Assembly (NCBI GenBank): GCA_039794085.1
Contig: JBDIWC010000026.1
Coordinates: 1 to 56,514, forward strand
Direction: 5' to 3'
Origin: Gemmatimonadales bacterium
GTDB lineage: Bacteria > Gemmatimonadota > Gemmatimonadetes > Gemmatimonadales > GWC2-71-9
Length of the DNA stretch: 56,514 bases
Of the stretch, positions 9,145 through 19,070 are shown one piece after another. The position numbers were made by a program, and so were the translations under genes. A model generated the notes under the pieces. The model saw only the letters and a list, made by a program, of their open reading frames with translations. It was not told the DNA's origin and ran no database searches. Within the stretch, counting starts at the first letter, position 1, and every line of letters begins with the position of its first letter.

Positions 9145-9813
9145 ATGACCGCTCACATCTCACAGGGCTTGTCGAAGGTCCGGAGGCTGCTGGGTGTTGC
9201 CGCCCTCGGCCTGGTCGCCGCCTGTAACACCACAGGCCAGGCCACTGATGCCCCGGCCACCGCCGCCGCCCAGGAGACTCCCGCCTGGCTCGCCCAGCTC
9301 GACGGCTCCCACCGGATGCTTTTCGACGCCGCGGCTCCCGGTGGCGGCATCCCCCTCGTTCACGTCATGAACTATTACGACACCTTCAACAAGGCGTACC
9401 AGGTGACCGACGCCGAGGTCGACGCGGTGTTGACCTTCTACGGCGGCACCACCCTCTACGGTCTGAACGACGCGATGTGGTCCAAGTACCAGCTCGGCGC
9501 TTTCACCAACGCCCAGGACGCGGGCGGCACTCCCTTCACCGTGAATCCGTGGCGCGCCAGCCCGACCATTTTGGGCGGTCCGATGCCTCAGGCAAGCGTG
9601 GAAGCACTCCAGCAGCGGGGAGCTACCTTCATCCTCTGCGACAACGCCCTCGGACTCATGGCGGGGATGGTGGCCCAGGCCCGGGGACTCGAATCGAACG
9701 CGGTGTATGAGGACATGAAGGCCAACATCCTCCCCGGCGTCACGTTGGTGCCGGCGATGGTGATCGCGATCGACCAGGCCCAGCAGGCCGGAGTGTCGTA
9801 CCATCGGCAATGA
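9145..9813 (+). CDS. Lipoprotein, DsrE-like fold
   Basis: Lipobox VAAC; HRMLFD; GATFILCDNAL; PGVTLVPAMV...QQAG. Confidence 0.7.
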   Translation: MTAHISQGLSKVRRLLGVAALGLVAACNTTGQATDAPATAAAQETPAWLAQLDGSHRMLFDAAAPGGGIPLVHVMNYYDTFNKAYQVTDAEVDAVLTFYGGTTLYGLNDAMWSKYQLGAFTNAQDAGGTPFTVNPWRASPTILGGPMPQASVEALQQRGATFILCDNALGLMAGMVAQARGLESNAVYEDMKANILPGVTLVPAMVIAIDQAQQAGVSYHRQ

Positions 9814-9936
9814 CCAATGATCAATGATCAATGATCAATGATCAGGGACCAATGATCTTCATATAGGATTCCCCTATTGTTCATTGTTGTTTGCTGATTG
9901 TTCATTGGTCATTGTTGATTGTTCATTGGTCATTGG
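9808..9936. repeat. Heptamer repeat (CAATGAT/C)n facing its inverted copy (ATTGTTC/ATTGGTC)n
   Basis: Direct arm 9808-9857 begins at the upstream stop codon; inverted arm is 9876-9936. Confidence 0.85.
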
Positions 9937-9943
9937 AGCTGTC

Positions 9944-10711
9944 ATGTCGCCCTGGCTCACCCGGTCCGGTCTCGTTCTGTCCCTCGCGGTACTCTCCGGG
10001 TGCGGGGGTTCGCCGGACAGTTCTCCGGTACCTCCCCCCGCCCCTCCCGCGCAGCCGGCCGGGGAGGTGGATCCCGCCGTCGAGCTGATCCTCGCGGCCT
10101 CGATCCGTGCGATGGGGGGAGCGGAGGCGCTGGATACCATCCGGTCCATCGACGCGGTCGCCGACGGGACCGGCCCCGGGGGGAGCTTCCAGACCCATGT
10201 CTCCAGTGCCCGGGACGGGCGGATGCGTTTCATGCAGATCACCCCCGGCGGCCACTTTGCCGCCGGAATCGACTCGGCCGGATCGTGGCATGTCGCAGGC
10301 GACTCAACGGTTCCCCTGGACTCAGCCACCCGTTCATTTCTCCGGGGCCACGAGCTGCACATGCTGGCCCTGGCGCCCACGTCCCGGTGGCGCCCGATCG
10401 CGGCCACCGGTCCCCTTACGGTCCAGAATCGTGAGGCGATCGGGATCCGCTTCATCGATGAGATGGGGGGGGAGGCCACCATCTTCTACCGCCCCACCGA
10501 CACCCTGCCGCTCGGGTACCGTTTGCTCGACCACAGCAGCCCGGCGGCTCCCCCGGTCGAGGTTCTCTTCGGTCACTGGGGGGTGCACGGCGGTCCGCCG
10601 CTCTTCACCGACGCCATTTTCGCGCAAGGCGAGGAGAAGGTGAATTGGCATTACACCCGGGTCGGGGTGAACACCGCCGCCGACTCCCTCTTCCGGCGTC
10701 CACAGCCGTAG
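9944..10711 (+). CDS. Hypothetical lipoprotein
   Basis: Lipobox LSGC, Pro-rich linker, AMGGAEALDTIRS motif typical of lipoprotein-sorting-like proteins. Confidence 0.7.
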   Translation: MSPWLTRSGLVLSLAVLSGCGGSPDSSPVPPPAPPAQPAGEVDPAVELILAASIRAMGGAEALDTIRSIDAVADGTGPGGSFQTHVSSARDGRMRFMQITPGGHFAAGIDSAGSWHVAGDSTVPLDSATRSFLRGHELHMLALAPTSRWRPIAATGPLTVQNREAIGIRFIDEMGGEATIFYRPTDTLPLGYRLLDHSSPAAPPVEVLFGHWGVHGGPPLFTDAIFAQGEEKVNWHYTRVGVNTAADSLFRRPQP

Positions 10712-10829
10712 TCGCCTTGGGGACCCCAACCCTGCATTCGTGAGTTTCGCGATCGTCCTCGGGACCTCCGGTGCCCCGGGCCGAGCTTTCTGTCATCTGC
10801 CCCACGTGTGACTGCACGTGCGGGTTGGT

Positions 10830-10952
10830 GGGTGATTTCCCCCGAACCGGAAGTGCCATCCCCCACCGTTCCGTCGAACCCCGAGACAACGCCCTCCGAT
10901 ACTCGATTGGCACAAAGGACTTGGAACTCCCCCTGACCGGCTCGATTCCTGC
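10830..10952 (+). promoter_or_regulatory. Enhancer box GGGTGATTTCCCCC plus sigma-54 promoter GGctcgattcctGC
   Basis: Box at 10830-10843; GG 10939-40 and GC 10951-52 (N10); spacing 109 bp. Confidence 0.7.
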
Positions 10953-11016
10953 GCGTTCAGACAGAACGGATATCGACCACTGGGCTGAAACCGAGCGTCG
11001 CGCAGGGAGGTTGTGA

Positions 11017-12213
11017 GTGCATCACGAAACCTGGGACGTGATTGTGGCGGGAGCCGGTCCGGCGGGCAGTCGAGCTGCGGAACTGCTGGGCCGCCACGGG
11101 AGAAGCGTTCTCCTCCTCGATCCCAAAGCACCCTGGGAGAAACCGTGCGGTGGTGGTCTCACTGCGGCGGCGCTGGCCAACACACCTGAACTTGGCGAGC
11201 TGCTCGATCGCACCCAAGCGGTTCGAGAGATCCTGATCGTCGCACCACGCGGGGCGAGTGTGCTCATTCCAGTACGTCGTCCGTACCAGGTCATCAGCAG
11301 GCTGGCCCTGGCGGAGTGGGGCCTGGAGCGGGCCCGTGCGGCAGGCGCAGTCTTCCTCTCCGCTGGGATCACGCGCGTCGAGCGCACGCCGCAGGGATGG
11401 CGGGTCGAAGACTCGGCTGGAGACGTTCGCTTCGCTCGATGGCTGGTGGGTGCCGACGGCGCCGCGAGCCGCGTCCGCGGCAGTGTCGCACCGAACCTCA
11501 TCCCGGAACTTGCTCCGACCCGGGTCGCATATCCCACCCAAGGCGCCCCGGCAGGACGGGCTGTGTTCCAGTTTCTTCGCCGGGCGGAGGGCTACCTCTG
11601 GGACTTTCCTCGGCTGGAACGACACTCCGTGGGAATCGGCGTGGCACCGAGCACCTTTCGCCGGGGGGCACTCGACTCGGCGCTGACCCAGTATCAGGTT
11701 GCTGAAACCGGCGAAACCTGGGAATCAACGCAGCTGCGTGGAGCGGTCATCGCGACATCCGCCTGGGTTCGGGGAGGATTCGAGGACCTTGGGGGCCGGG
11801 ACTACGCCCTCCTGGGCGATGCGGGAGGACTCGCGGATCCGGCCACGGGAGAGGGGATCGATTATGCCCTTCGATCGGCGACAATCGCCGCACAGGTGTT
11901 CAATGCCACCACGGGGTTCGCAGAATATCCGTCCGCGGTGCGGCGGGCCTTTGGAGGCGAAATACGGCGGGCAAAGTTAATCCGACGCTGGCTCTACCAC
12001 CCGGCGGTAGCGGAACGAATGGTTCGTCTCGCGCGCAGGTCTCCGCGCGGTGCGCTGTTGCTCATGTCCTTCTCCGACGCGATCAACGAACACAGGAGTC
12101 TGTCCAGCGCCCTCTGGAGGACACTTCGGGGAGAGGCCCGTGAACTTGTCGTGGCGCGCGCGGTTTGTGACTGTCCGGACGGCGCCGGGGCATCTGCCCC
12201 GGTGGGAGGGTGA
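11017..12213 (+). CDS. Geranylgeranyl reductase family FAD oxidoreductase
   Basis: GAGPAG Rossmann motif, KPCGGG, GADG, GYLWDFP, LLGDAGGLADPATGEGI. Confidence 0.9.
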   Translation: MHHETWDVIVAGAGPAGSRAAELLGRHGRSVLLLDPKAPWEKPCGGGLTAAALANTPELGELLDRTQAVREILIVAPRGASVLIPVRRPYQVISRLALAEWGLERARAAGAVFLSAGITRVERTPQGWRVEDSAGDVRFARWLVGADGAASRVRGSVAPNLIPELAPTRVAYPTQGAPAGRAVFQFLRRAEGYLWDFPRLERHSVGIGVAPSTFRRGALDSALTQYQVAETGETWESTQLRGAVIATSAWVRGGFEDLGGRDYALLGDAGGLADPATGEGIDYALRSATIAAQVFNATTGFAEYPSAVRRAFGGEIRRAKLIRRWLYHPAVAERMVRLARRSPRGALLLMSFSDAINEHRSLSSALWRTLRGEARELVVARAVCDCPDGAGASAPVGG

Positions 12214-12347
12214 AATGAAGGTCCTGAATGCGTCGGATGAGGACTAAACAAATCGCAATCCCTTGTCCCCTCGGAGGATCGGGGATTTCGGAGGTCGGCG
12301 CCGACATTGCATCTGGAAGGAACGACGCCACCAAGGAGTCACCTGTC

Positions 12348-14864
12348 ATGAGTTCAGTACTCACTCCCCAAAGCGGTCGGCTCGCGGCCCAGCGCATCGA
12401 GGTCGGCATTCGGCATCTGTCCTGTGCGGGCGCGGCGGCGCCGCTCGCGGCCAGGATCAAGCGCGTTCCCGGGGTTCAGGACGCACTCGTGAACCCGATC
12501 ACGGAGCGCGCCGTCGTCGTGTTCGATCCCGGCGTTGTGGGTGCGGAGGAGATCGTCCACCAGATCGCCGAAACGGAAGGTGCGGACGTGGGCTGGTCCA
12601 CTGCTCGCTGGCACCTGCGGATCGGAGGTGTGACCTGTGGCAGTTGTGTGGCCCGGATCGAGAGGGTGGTCGAGGCGGTTTCCGGGGTCCAGGCCGCGAT
12701 CGTCAACGTGGCCGCTGACAGTCTCACGGTTGAATACACACCGCGTCACACCGACCTGGAGACAGTGCGCGCGGTCGTGAAGGGGGAGGGCTTTACGCTC
12801 GGGACGAGATCAAACGTACCCCCGGCAACCTCAGGGTCGGCCGGACAGCCCGTCGACCCGTCGGTTCGTGAGTTCCGGTCGTTGATGCGGAAGTTCTGGC
12901 TCGCGGCGGTGATCTCCCTCCCCGTGATTTTCTTCTCGTATCCCACGCTCTTTGGTTTGACGGATGTGCTTCCGGCCGGCAGCATCTCACTCCGGATCGT
13001 GTGGGGTGCGCTGGGTGTCCTGACCCTTCCGGTGGTGTTCCATTCCGGCTGGCATTTCTATACCGGTGCGTGGTCGGCCTTTCGACACCGGACCGCGGAC
13101 ATGAATACCCTTATCGCGGTCGGAATATCGTCCGCCTGGCTCTATTCGACGGTTGCCGTGCTTGTTCCGTCCCTGTTTCCAAGCGCGGAGTTGGCTGAGG
13201 TATTCTATGATGTCACCGCCGTGGTCGTGGCGCTGGTCGTGCTCGGGCAAGCGCTTGAAGCGCGGGCCAAGGGCCGGTCGTCCGAGGCGATCAAGAAGCT
13301 GATCGGGTTGCAGCCCAAGACGGCTCTCGTCGTTCGCGGCGCCCAGGAAATGACCATCCCGGTGGAGGAGGTCGTCACCGGAGACGTGGTGCTCGTCCGC
13401 CCGGGGGAACGGGTCCCCGTGGATGGCGAGATCATCTCGGGCACCTCGGCACTGGACGAATCGATGGTAACCGGCGAGTCCCTGCCTGTGGAGAAGGGCG
13501 TCGGTGACAAGGTCATCGGCGCCACCATCAACAAGACGGGCAGTTTTCGGTTCACGGCCACGAAAGTTGGCAAGGACACCGTCCTGAGTCAGATCATCCA
13601 TATGGTGGAACAGGCACAAGGATCGAAGGCGCCGATCCAGCGGGTCGTGGACCAGGTCTCGAGTTACTTCACGCCGGCGGTGCTGATCCTGGCCCTCCTC
13701 GGTTTCATGGCCTGGTACACTTTCGGACCAGAGCCGGTGCTGGTCTACGCGCTGATCGTCTTCGTCACGGTTCTCATCATCGCGTGCCCCTGCGCCCTGG
13801 GCCTGGCCACCCCGACATCGCTGATGGTGGGTGTGGGCAAGGCGGCCGAGAACGGCATTCTGATCCGGTCGGGTCAGGCGATGGAGACCGCTCACAAGCT
13901 GGATATCATCGTGCTGGACAAGACAGGCACGATCACCAGGGGCGAGCCCTCCGTGACCGATATCGTTGCCCTCGACGGCCAGACGGAGGAGGAGGTGCTG
14001 CGACTCGCCGCCAGTGTGGAGCGCAACTCGGAGCACCCCCTCGGCGAGGCAATCCTCTCGGGCGCCAGGGATCGCGAGCTCACGCTGGGCGAGCCGACAA
14101 ACTTCGAGGCACTTCCCGGACGCGGCGTGGAGGCCACTGTCGGCGGACGCCGTGTCACCCTGGGCAACCGTCGGCTCATGGAGGAGCGCGGCTACGGGCT
14201 TGGCGATCTGGTTGTGGCCGCTGAACGTCTGGCCGACGAGGGCAAGACGCCGATGTTCGTTGCGCTGGACGGGACCGTGGCAGGAATCGTGGCCGTCGCC
14301 GATACCGTGAAGGAAGACTCCCGGTCGGCTATTGCTGCTCTGCAGGCGATGGGGCTGGAGGTTGTGATGCTCACCGGGGACAACGAACGGACCGCGAACG
14401 CCATCGCGCGGCAGGTGGGAGTGGATCGGGTCCTGGCCGAGGTACTCCCGGAGACCAAGGCGGAGCAGATCCGGACCCTGCAGTCGGAGGGGAAGCGGGT
14501 GGCCATGGTTGGCGACGGGATCAATGATGCGCCAGCCCTGGCACAGGCTGATGTCGGCATCGCGATGGGGACCGGGACGGACGTGGCGATGGAGGCGGCC
14601 GGCATCACGCTCGTCAAGGGAAGCCTGCGCGGCGTCGTGGCCGCGGTCATGCTCAGCCGGGCCACCATGCGAAACATCAAGCAGAATCTCTTCGGTGCCT
14701 TCATCTACAACGCCCTGGGGCTTCCAGTGGCCGCCGGGTTGCTCTACCCCGCCTTCGGCATCCTGCTGTCTCCCCTGATCGCCGCGGCTGCGATGGCCTT
14801 CAGTTCCGTGACGGTGGTGACCAACGCCAACCGTTTGCGGCGGTTCCAGTTGAAAGGAGTGTAG
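12348..14864 (+). CDS. copA: Cu(I)-translocating P1B-1 ATPase
   Basis: HMA domain [33 protein letters not shown] and MAFSS; RBS AAGGAG. Confidence 0.97.
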   Translation: MSSVLTPQSGRLAAQRIEVGIRHLSCAGAAAPLAARIKRVPGVQDALVNPITERAVVVFDPGVVGAEEIVHQIAETEGADVGWSTARWHLRIGGVTCGSCVARIERVVEAVSGVQAAIVNVAADSLTVEYTPRHTDLETVRAVVKGEGFTLGTRSNVPPATSGSAGQPVDPSVREFRSLMRKFWLAAVISLPVIFFSYPTLFGLTDVLPAGSISLRIVWGALGVLTLPVVFHSGWHFYTGAWSAFRHRTADMNTLIAVGISSAWLYSTVAVLVPSLFPSAELAEVFYDVTAVVVALVVLGQALEARAKGRSSEAIKKLIGLQPKTALVVRGAQEMTIPVEEVVTGDVVLVRPGERVPVDGEIISGTSALDESMVTGESLPVEKGVGDKVIGATINKTGSFRFTATKVGKDTVLSQIIHMVEQAQGSKAPIQRVVDQVSSYFTPAVLILALLGFMAWYTFGPEPVLVYALIVFVTVLIIACPCALGLATPTSLMVGVGKAAENGILIRSGQAMETAHKLDIIVLDKTGTITRGEPSVTDIVALDGQTEEEVLRLAASVERNSEHPLGEAILSGARDRELTLGEPTNFEALPGRGVEATVGGRRVTLGNRRLMEERGYGLGDLVVAAERLADEGKTPMFVALDGTVAGIVAVADTVKEDSRSAIAALQAMGLEVVMLTGDNERTANAIARQVGVDRVLAEVLPETKAEQIRTLQSEGKRVAMVGDGINDAPALAQADVGIAMGTGTDVAMEAAGITLVKGSLRGVVAAVMLSRATMRNIKQNLFGAFIYNALGLPVAAGLLYPAFGILLSPLIAAAAMAFSSVTVVTNANRLRRFQLKGV

Positions 14865-14867
14865 ATC

Positions 14868-15242
14868 ATGTCCCTGGATGTCATCCTGGTGGACCTCGCG
14901 GGGTTCGGGTTGATCGGCTGGATCGTGTGGTACTTCTGGCTGTCCCACGGCGCCGGCGTGCAGGCCGATGTCAAGGATGGGTTCCAGAGTGCCCTGGTGG
15001 TGGTCAAGGGTGGCTATTCGCCCGACACCATCGTTGTCGAACGCGGACGCCCCGTACGGCTGATTTTTCGTCGCGAAGAGTCGGCACTCTGCAGCGAGCG
15101 CGTCGTCATTCCGGCCTTCGACAAGAGCGCGGTGCTCCCCGAGGGTGAGGAAGTGCCGATCGAATTCCTGCCTGTCCAGAAGGGGGAGTACTCGTTCGCG
15201 TGCCAGATGGGGATGCTGCGCGGGCGGATCGTGGTTGACTGA
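14868..15242 (+). CDS. Membrane-anchored cupredoxin-domain protein (CupA-like)
   Basis: N-terminal TM; VKGGYSP; C...FACQMGMLRG. Confidence 0.9.
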   Translation: MSLDVILVDLAGFGLIGWIVWYFWLSHGAGVQADVKDGFQSALVVVKGGYSPDTIVVERGRPVRLIFRREESALCSERVVIPAFDKSAVLPEGEEVPIEFLPVQKGEYSFACQMGMLRGRIVVD

Positions 15243-15264
15243 TATAGCGGAGAGGAGAGCCCCA

Positions 15265-15426
15265 ATGAAAGTCACCGATCCCGTATGTGGAATGCAGCTG
15301 CAGCCTGACAGGGCCGCGGCCTCGGTCGACTACAAGGGTCAGACCTACTACTTCTGCACCGACGCCTGCCGGAAGCAGTTTGAGACGGAGCCGGAACGCT
15401 ACGTCTCCGGTTCGCGCGGGGAATAG
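15265..15426 (+). CDS. YHS/TRASH domain protein
   Basis: DPVCGM...YYFCTDACRKQF; RBS GAGGAG. Confidence 0.9.
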   Translation: MKVTDPVCGMQLQPDRAAASVDYKGQTYYFCTDACRKQFETEPERYVSGSRGE

Positions 15427-16068
15427 ATGAATCCGGCGGTCGCCCTTACCCAGGCCTATCTGCAGTTGAACGGGTATCTGACCGTCACCGAGTTTCCGAT
15501 CATCAGCGGGACGGGGCCGGAGGCGCAGGCGGTGACCGACATCGATCTGATCGCCCTTCGGTTCCCCAGGGCGCGGGTGTTGGGACAAAGCCCAGAGTAC
15601 CATGAGGACCATCCTGAAACAGACCCACTCCTTCAGGTGGGCGATGAGGCGATGGACCTCCTCATCTGCGAGGTCAAGGAGGGGAAGGCACGACTCAATA
15701 CCAACCTGACTCGGAGCGACACCCTGACCCGAACTCTGGAGCGAGTGGGGTGCTGTCCCCGAGAACATGTGGGGCACCACGTCGACAGTCTCCTGCGTCG
15801 CGGCATGGCCACCATGGATCACGGTGGTGTTTCCTGTCGTGCACGTATCGCAGTGTTCGCTGGTCGGCTCGGCAATCCACGGCATGCCCTGGTCGTGCCA
15901 CTGGCGCACGCCGCACGCGAAGTGTGTCGCGTCCTGCTCGACCATGAGGCTGAACTGCATGTGACGTCGTTCAGTCAACCTGCGTTGGCACACATGGGTC
16001 TGTTGACCAAACTTGGCCTGCTGCGAAACGTGGACAGCGGTCGCGCCCCGAACGGCACCCCTGGATGA
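15427..16068 (+). CDS. Hypothetical protein with PD-(D/E)XK-like motif
   Basis: AYLQLNGY...TDIDLIA...LICEVKEG; directly abuts the YHS gene. Confidence 0.7.
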   Translation: MNPAVALTQAYLQLNGYLTVTEFPIISGTGPEAQAVTDIDLIALRFPRARVLGQSPEYHEDHPETDPLLQVGDEAMDLLICEVKEGKARLNTNLTRSDTLTRTLERVGCCPREHVGHHVDSLLRRGMATMDHGGVSCRARIAVFAGRLGNPRHALVVPLAHAAREVCRVLLDHEAELHVTSFSQPALAHMGLLTKLGLLRNVDSGRAPNGTPG

Positions 16069-16148
16069 TCTCGCCCCACTCCACACCGTGACACACGTCT
16101 CTGTCGACTTTCCGGCATCCTCCTGCCTCTCGGCCCGACTCGTCGGGT

Positions 16149-16272
16149 GGGTGATCTCCCCCCGCCAGGTCGCCAATTCCCCCGGCGGGATCGCCGTGGT
16201 TTCAAGTGGAAATCTCGCATCTCTTCACGGCGCGGGGATTTCAGTCACTCCGGGATCCGGTTCAAGGATTGC
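16149..16272 (+). promoter_or_regulatory. Enhancer box GGGTGATCTCCCCC plus sigma-54 promoter GGttcaaggattGC
   Basis: Box starts at 16149; GG 16259-60 and GC 16271-72; spacing 110 bp. Confidence 0.72.
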
Positions 16273-16343
16273 GCGACCTTGTCCAGGAGGAGGACGCATG
16301 AGCGTGGAACGAGAACGTCAACTTCAAGAAGGAGGTGTCAACC

Positions 16344-16977
16344 GTGACAAAAGGAATCGGAATTGGGTTCATCGCGCTTGCCCTGGTTGCAAATCCGGGG
16401 TCGGCACAGCAGCACCAGCATGAGGCCGAAAAGGCCACGAAGGACTCTCCCCAGACCGAAGTGCCCGGCTGCTCGATGATGACGGCGATGATGGGTGGTG
16501 GCGAGGTGGCCATGATGCCGTGGATGCCGTTCTTCCCCGACCATGTGCTGAAGAACAAGGGCGCCCCTGAAGCTGAGCGCCGATCAGGTGTCCCAGATCG
16601 AAGCGATGAAGGGGGGAATGTCCACCCCGCACGGGATGGCAGGCATGGCGATGGAGGATGCGCCCATGGAGAACATGCCGATGATGACGGAGATGCATGC
16701 GGAGCAACAGCATCTGCGGGCGGCGTTCGAGGAGACGCCCACGGACACTGCTGCCATCCGAGCTGCCGTGGGGAAGGTGACCGCACTTCACGGCACGATG
16801 ATGGCCGCACACCTCGTCACAGACGCACAGGTGCGCGATGTCCTGAGCAAGGCGCAGCGGGAGCAGTTGGCAAAGATGCCCTCGTTCTGCAGGGAGAATG
16901 GGGCGGGAATGATGCAGAGGGGTGAGCCCAACGACGGATCATCCCCGGAGCAGCACCACAAACCGCCTGTCGCATGA
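16344..16977 (+). pseudogene. Met/His-rich Spy/CpxP/ZraP-like periplasmic protein, frameshifted near 16564-16567
   Basis: Signal peptide and QQHQH in one frame; LKLSADQVSQI...VRDVLSKAQREQL in the next frame; one extra C in GCCCC explains the shift. Confidence 0.75.
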
Positions 16978-17303
16978 GTTGGTGCCCTCCGCCCTGGCTG
17001 CTGCGGTGAGGCTTCTTTTCGCTGGCCCGGCGGCTCATGCCGTTGGGTCAGAGCCGAACCCCGTCCCTGGAGGAAGCGATGAATCGGCTCGGCCACACCG
17101 CCACGGTGGCGGGATATGTGATCGAGGGACATGTCCCTGCTGTCCTGATCCTGCGCGTGCTTGCGGAGCGGCCGGAGATTGCAGGGTTGGCCGCACCCGG
17201 CATGCCGGGTGGATCGCCCGGGATGGAGAATGCCCGTAAGGTGCCCTACGACGTGATCGTGTTTGACGCCGCCGGGAGAACGTCGCTCTATGCGAGGCGG
17301 TGA
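16974..17303 (+). pseudogene. copG: DUF411/CopG remnant lacking the CxCC N-terminal part
   Basis: HTATVAGYVIEGHVPA...GLAAPGMPGGSPGME...YDVIVFD present; no in-frame CGCC segment. Confidence 0.7.
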
Positions 17304-17314
17304 GGCAGGGAGGC

Positions 17315-18226
17315 TCAGGAACGGCGAGTGCGAACGAACAGCGCACGGTGTCGTTCCAGAACGGAGACGACGTCGGTCAGACACGCCTCCGCCGCGGCTT
17401 CGCCGGCCCGGATCAGCCCTTCAGGGTCCGAGAAGTCGGCGAAGTGCCGTGGTGGCACTCGGACGCGAACCACGAAATCGGCCCTCCGCACCTGCTCCTC
17501 CTCCAGAAGGCCCCGGGTCATGGCATCGGCGCGCAACGCGGTGGCCATCGAGTGCGAGTTCGCGTGGTAGGATACGGAGCCCGGTACATCCACGGCGACG
17601 ATATGGATCGCCCCGAGATGGTGGCACGTGTCCACCGGAACCGGTTCGGCCCATCCCCCGTCCACCAGAATGGCCCCGTCCAGCGTGAGGGGTTCAAAGA
17701 GGCCGGGGATCGCGATGGAAGCGTAGACCGCGTCGACCAGGGAGCCACCGGCGAAAATCAGCTTGCGGCCGGTGACAAGATCCAGCGCCGTCGTGGCCAG
17801 GGGCAGTCGGGCGTCCGCGAAGGTGGCATCGCCCAAGAGTGCATGGAGAGCTGCTCGCATGGCCTCCTTGTCCACCACCACTCCGCCGCCCGTTCGGACC
17901 GCCCGCCACATGCTCCTCGCGACCCCCAACACCCCAGCCGGTAGCGTCGCGTCCTCTGTCGCCAGTCCGCGGAATGTCTCGCGGTTGAACCCCATCCCCT
18001 TGGAATCGAGATGGGTGAGAATCCGTTCCTCGGTCTCCGTCGCATCTCGCGATGTGGCATGGATCGCCCCGATCAGAGCTCCCGCGCTCGTCCCCGCCAG
18101 GTACGAGACAGGGACACCCTCTCGCTCCAGGACCTTGAGCACCCCGACCTGGGCCAACCCCTTGGCTCCACCACCGGACAGGGCAATGCCGAGTTCACCA
18201 CTCGAGGAGCAGGCGCAGTCATTCAT
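17315..18226 (-). CDS. Patatin-like phospholipase
   Basis: LSGGGAKG, GTSAG, ASIAIPG and DGG motifs. Confidence 0.93.
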   Translation of the reverse strand: MNDCACSSSGELGIALSGGGAKGLAQVGVLKVLEREGVPVSYLAGTSAGALIGAIHATSRDATETEERILTHLDSKGMGFNRETFRGLATEDATLPAGVLGVARSMWRAVRTGGGVVVDKEAMRAALHALLGDATFADARLPLATTALDLVTGRKLIFAGGSLVDAVYASIAIPGLFEPLTLDGAILVDGGWAEPVPVDTCHHLGAIHIVAVDVPGSVSYHANSHSMATALRADAMTRGLLEEEQVRRADFVVRVRVPPRHFADFSDPEGLIRAGEAAAEACLTDVVSVLERHRALFVRTRRS

Positions 18227-18515
18227 CCCCGTGCGCTCTCCCCGGGAAAACCGACAACGGTCCACGGTGCCGCCGAGCCAGGGCATTGTGGATCGGTGAG
18301 AACACCAGCCCCGCGTAGGCACCGTACAGGAACGATTCCACCAGGCCAAGGAAGAACCCTCCCACGGTCAGCCACCGGAAGCCCGGCAGCACCTGCTCCA
18401 GCCACATGGACATGTGGAGCCGTTCCGGCACCACGAGCCCGTAGAGCACACACACCACGAATGTCACGGCGCCGAATAGGCCGAGTGACCACGTAACCAC
18501 CCTAGTGTTGAGCAT
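18219..18515 (-). CDS. DUF5676 family membrane protein
   Basis: TFVVCVLYGL...LEQVLPGFRWLT...LGLVESFLYG; RBS AGGAGG. Confidence 0.8.
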   Translation of the reverse strand: MLNTRVVTWSLGLFGAVTFVVCVLYGLVVPERLHMSMWLEQVLPGFRWLTVGGFFLGLVESFLYGAYAGLVFSPIHNALARRHRGPLSVFPGRAHGDE

Positions 18516-18671
18516 TGTGTTCCTCCTTGTCGTTTGGGGCGCTGCGCTTCGATCGTCCCGAGTGGTCTGGCCCTCCGCAGCCCCCGTGACTCCCGTGCCT
18601 CTCAGGTGCGTGCCGAGAAAGAGCACCGCAATCACCACCCAGAACCAGTTCTCCCGCAGCCAATTCATCAC
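18502..18671 (-). pseudogene. DUF2933-like small His-rich membrane protein, frameshifted near 18600
   Basis: MNWLRENWFWVVIAVLFLGTHL in one frame; HGSHGGCGG...HNAQH* in another frame. Confidence 0.6.
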
Positions 18672-18704
18672 ATTCCTCCGCCGTCAGTGATGTCACCGTC
18701 TTAC

Positions 18705-18830
18705 GCATCGGGCGTGCCGCGCCTCAAGCCCTCCGTAACTGCAACCATGCCCATGAGTTAAGTCACATCCTCGGTGCACACCGGTACTCCTGAGTGGGTG
18801 AAATGGCCATGTTCCGGCGTAACCTCACCC
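18705..18830 (-). promoter_or_regulatory. Sigma-54 promoter CGGCACGCCCGATGC with degenerate enhancer GGGTGAGGTTACGCC
   Basis: On the minus strand GG is at 18718-17 and GC at 18706-05; the box starts at 18830 (112 bp). Confidence 0.7.
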
Positions 18831-18896
18831 GCTTTGACCCCTGAGCCCGAGACATGCGGCGGTTGGTTGGAAGAGAGCGCCATCACCGGCAGTATA

Positions 18897-19020
18897 GGGT
18901 TATCTCCCCCACTTGACGGGGCAACACACTGTTGCCTCCGCAGGTCCAGGGAGCCGGGGGGCTCGCAAGTTCTTGATCCCCATGACGGACCCCCCGACCG
19001 GGATGCGGGCTACTTCTTGC
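18897..19020 (+). promoter_or_regulatory. Enhancer box GGGTTATCTCCCCC plus sigma-54 promoter GGgctacttcttGC
   Basis: GG 19007-08 and GC 19019-20; spacing 110 bp. Confidence 0.72.
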
Positions 19021-19070
19021 CTTGATGAGCGAGGGCGGCGGCCAAGGTGATCACCCGAAGGGAAGACACC

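Noticed and set aside
650..10711. Integron cassette array
   Set aside because: No RYYYAAC...GTTRRRY attC sites and no integrase recognised
10908..10925. TGGCACAAAGGACTTGG as the sigma-54 promoter
   Set aside because: No GC at N10 spacing; the site at 10939-10952 fits both the spacing and the 110-bp rule
12987..15275. 762-aa - strand ORF, and similar long antisense ORFs over cusC, cusA, narK and the NtrC gene
   Set aside because: Shadows of well-supported genes on the opposite strand
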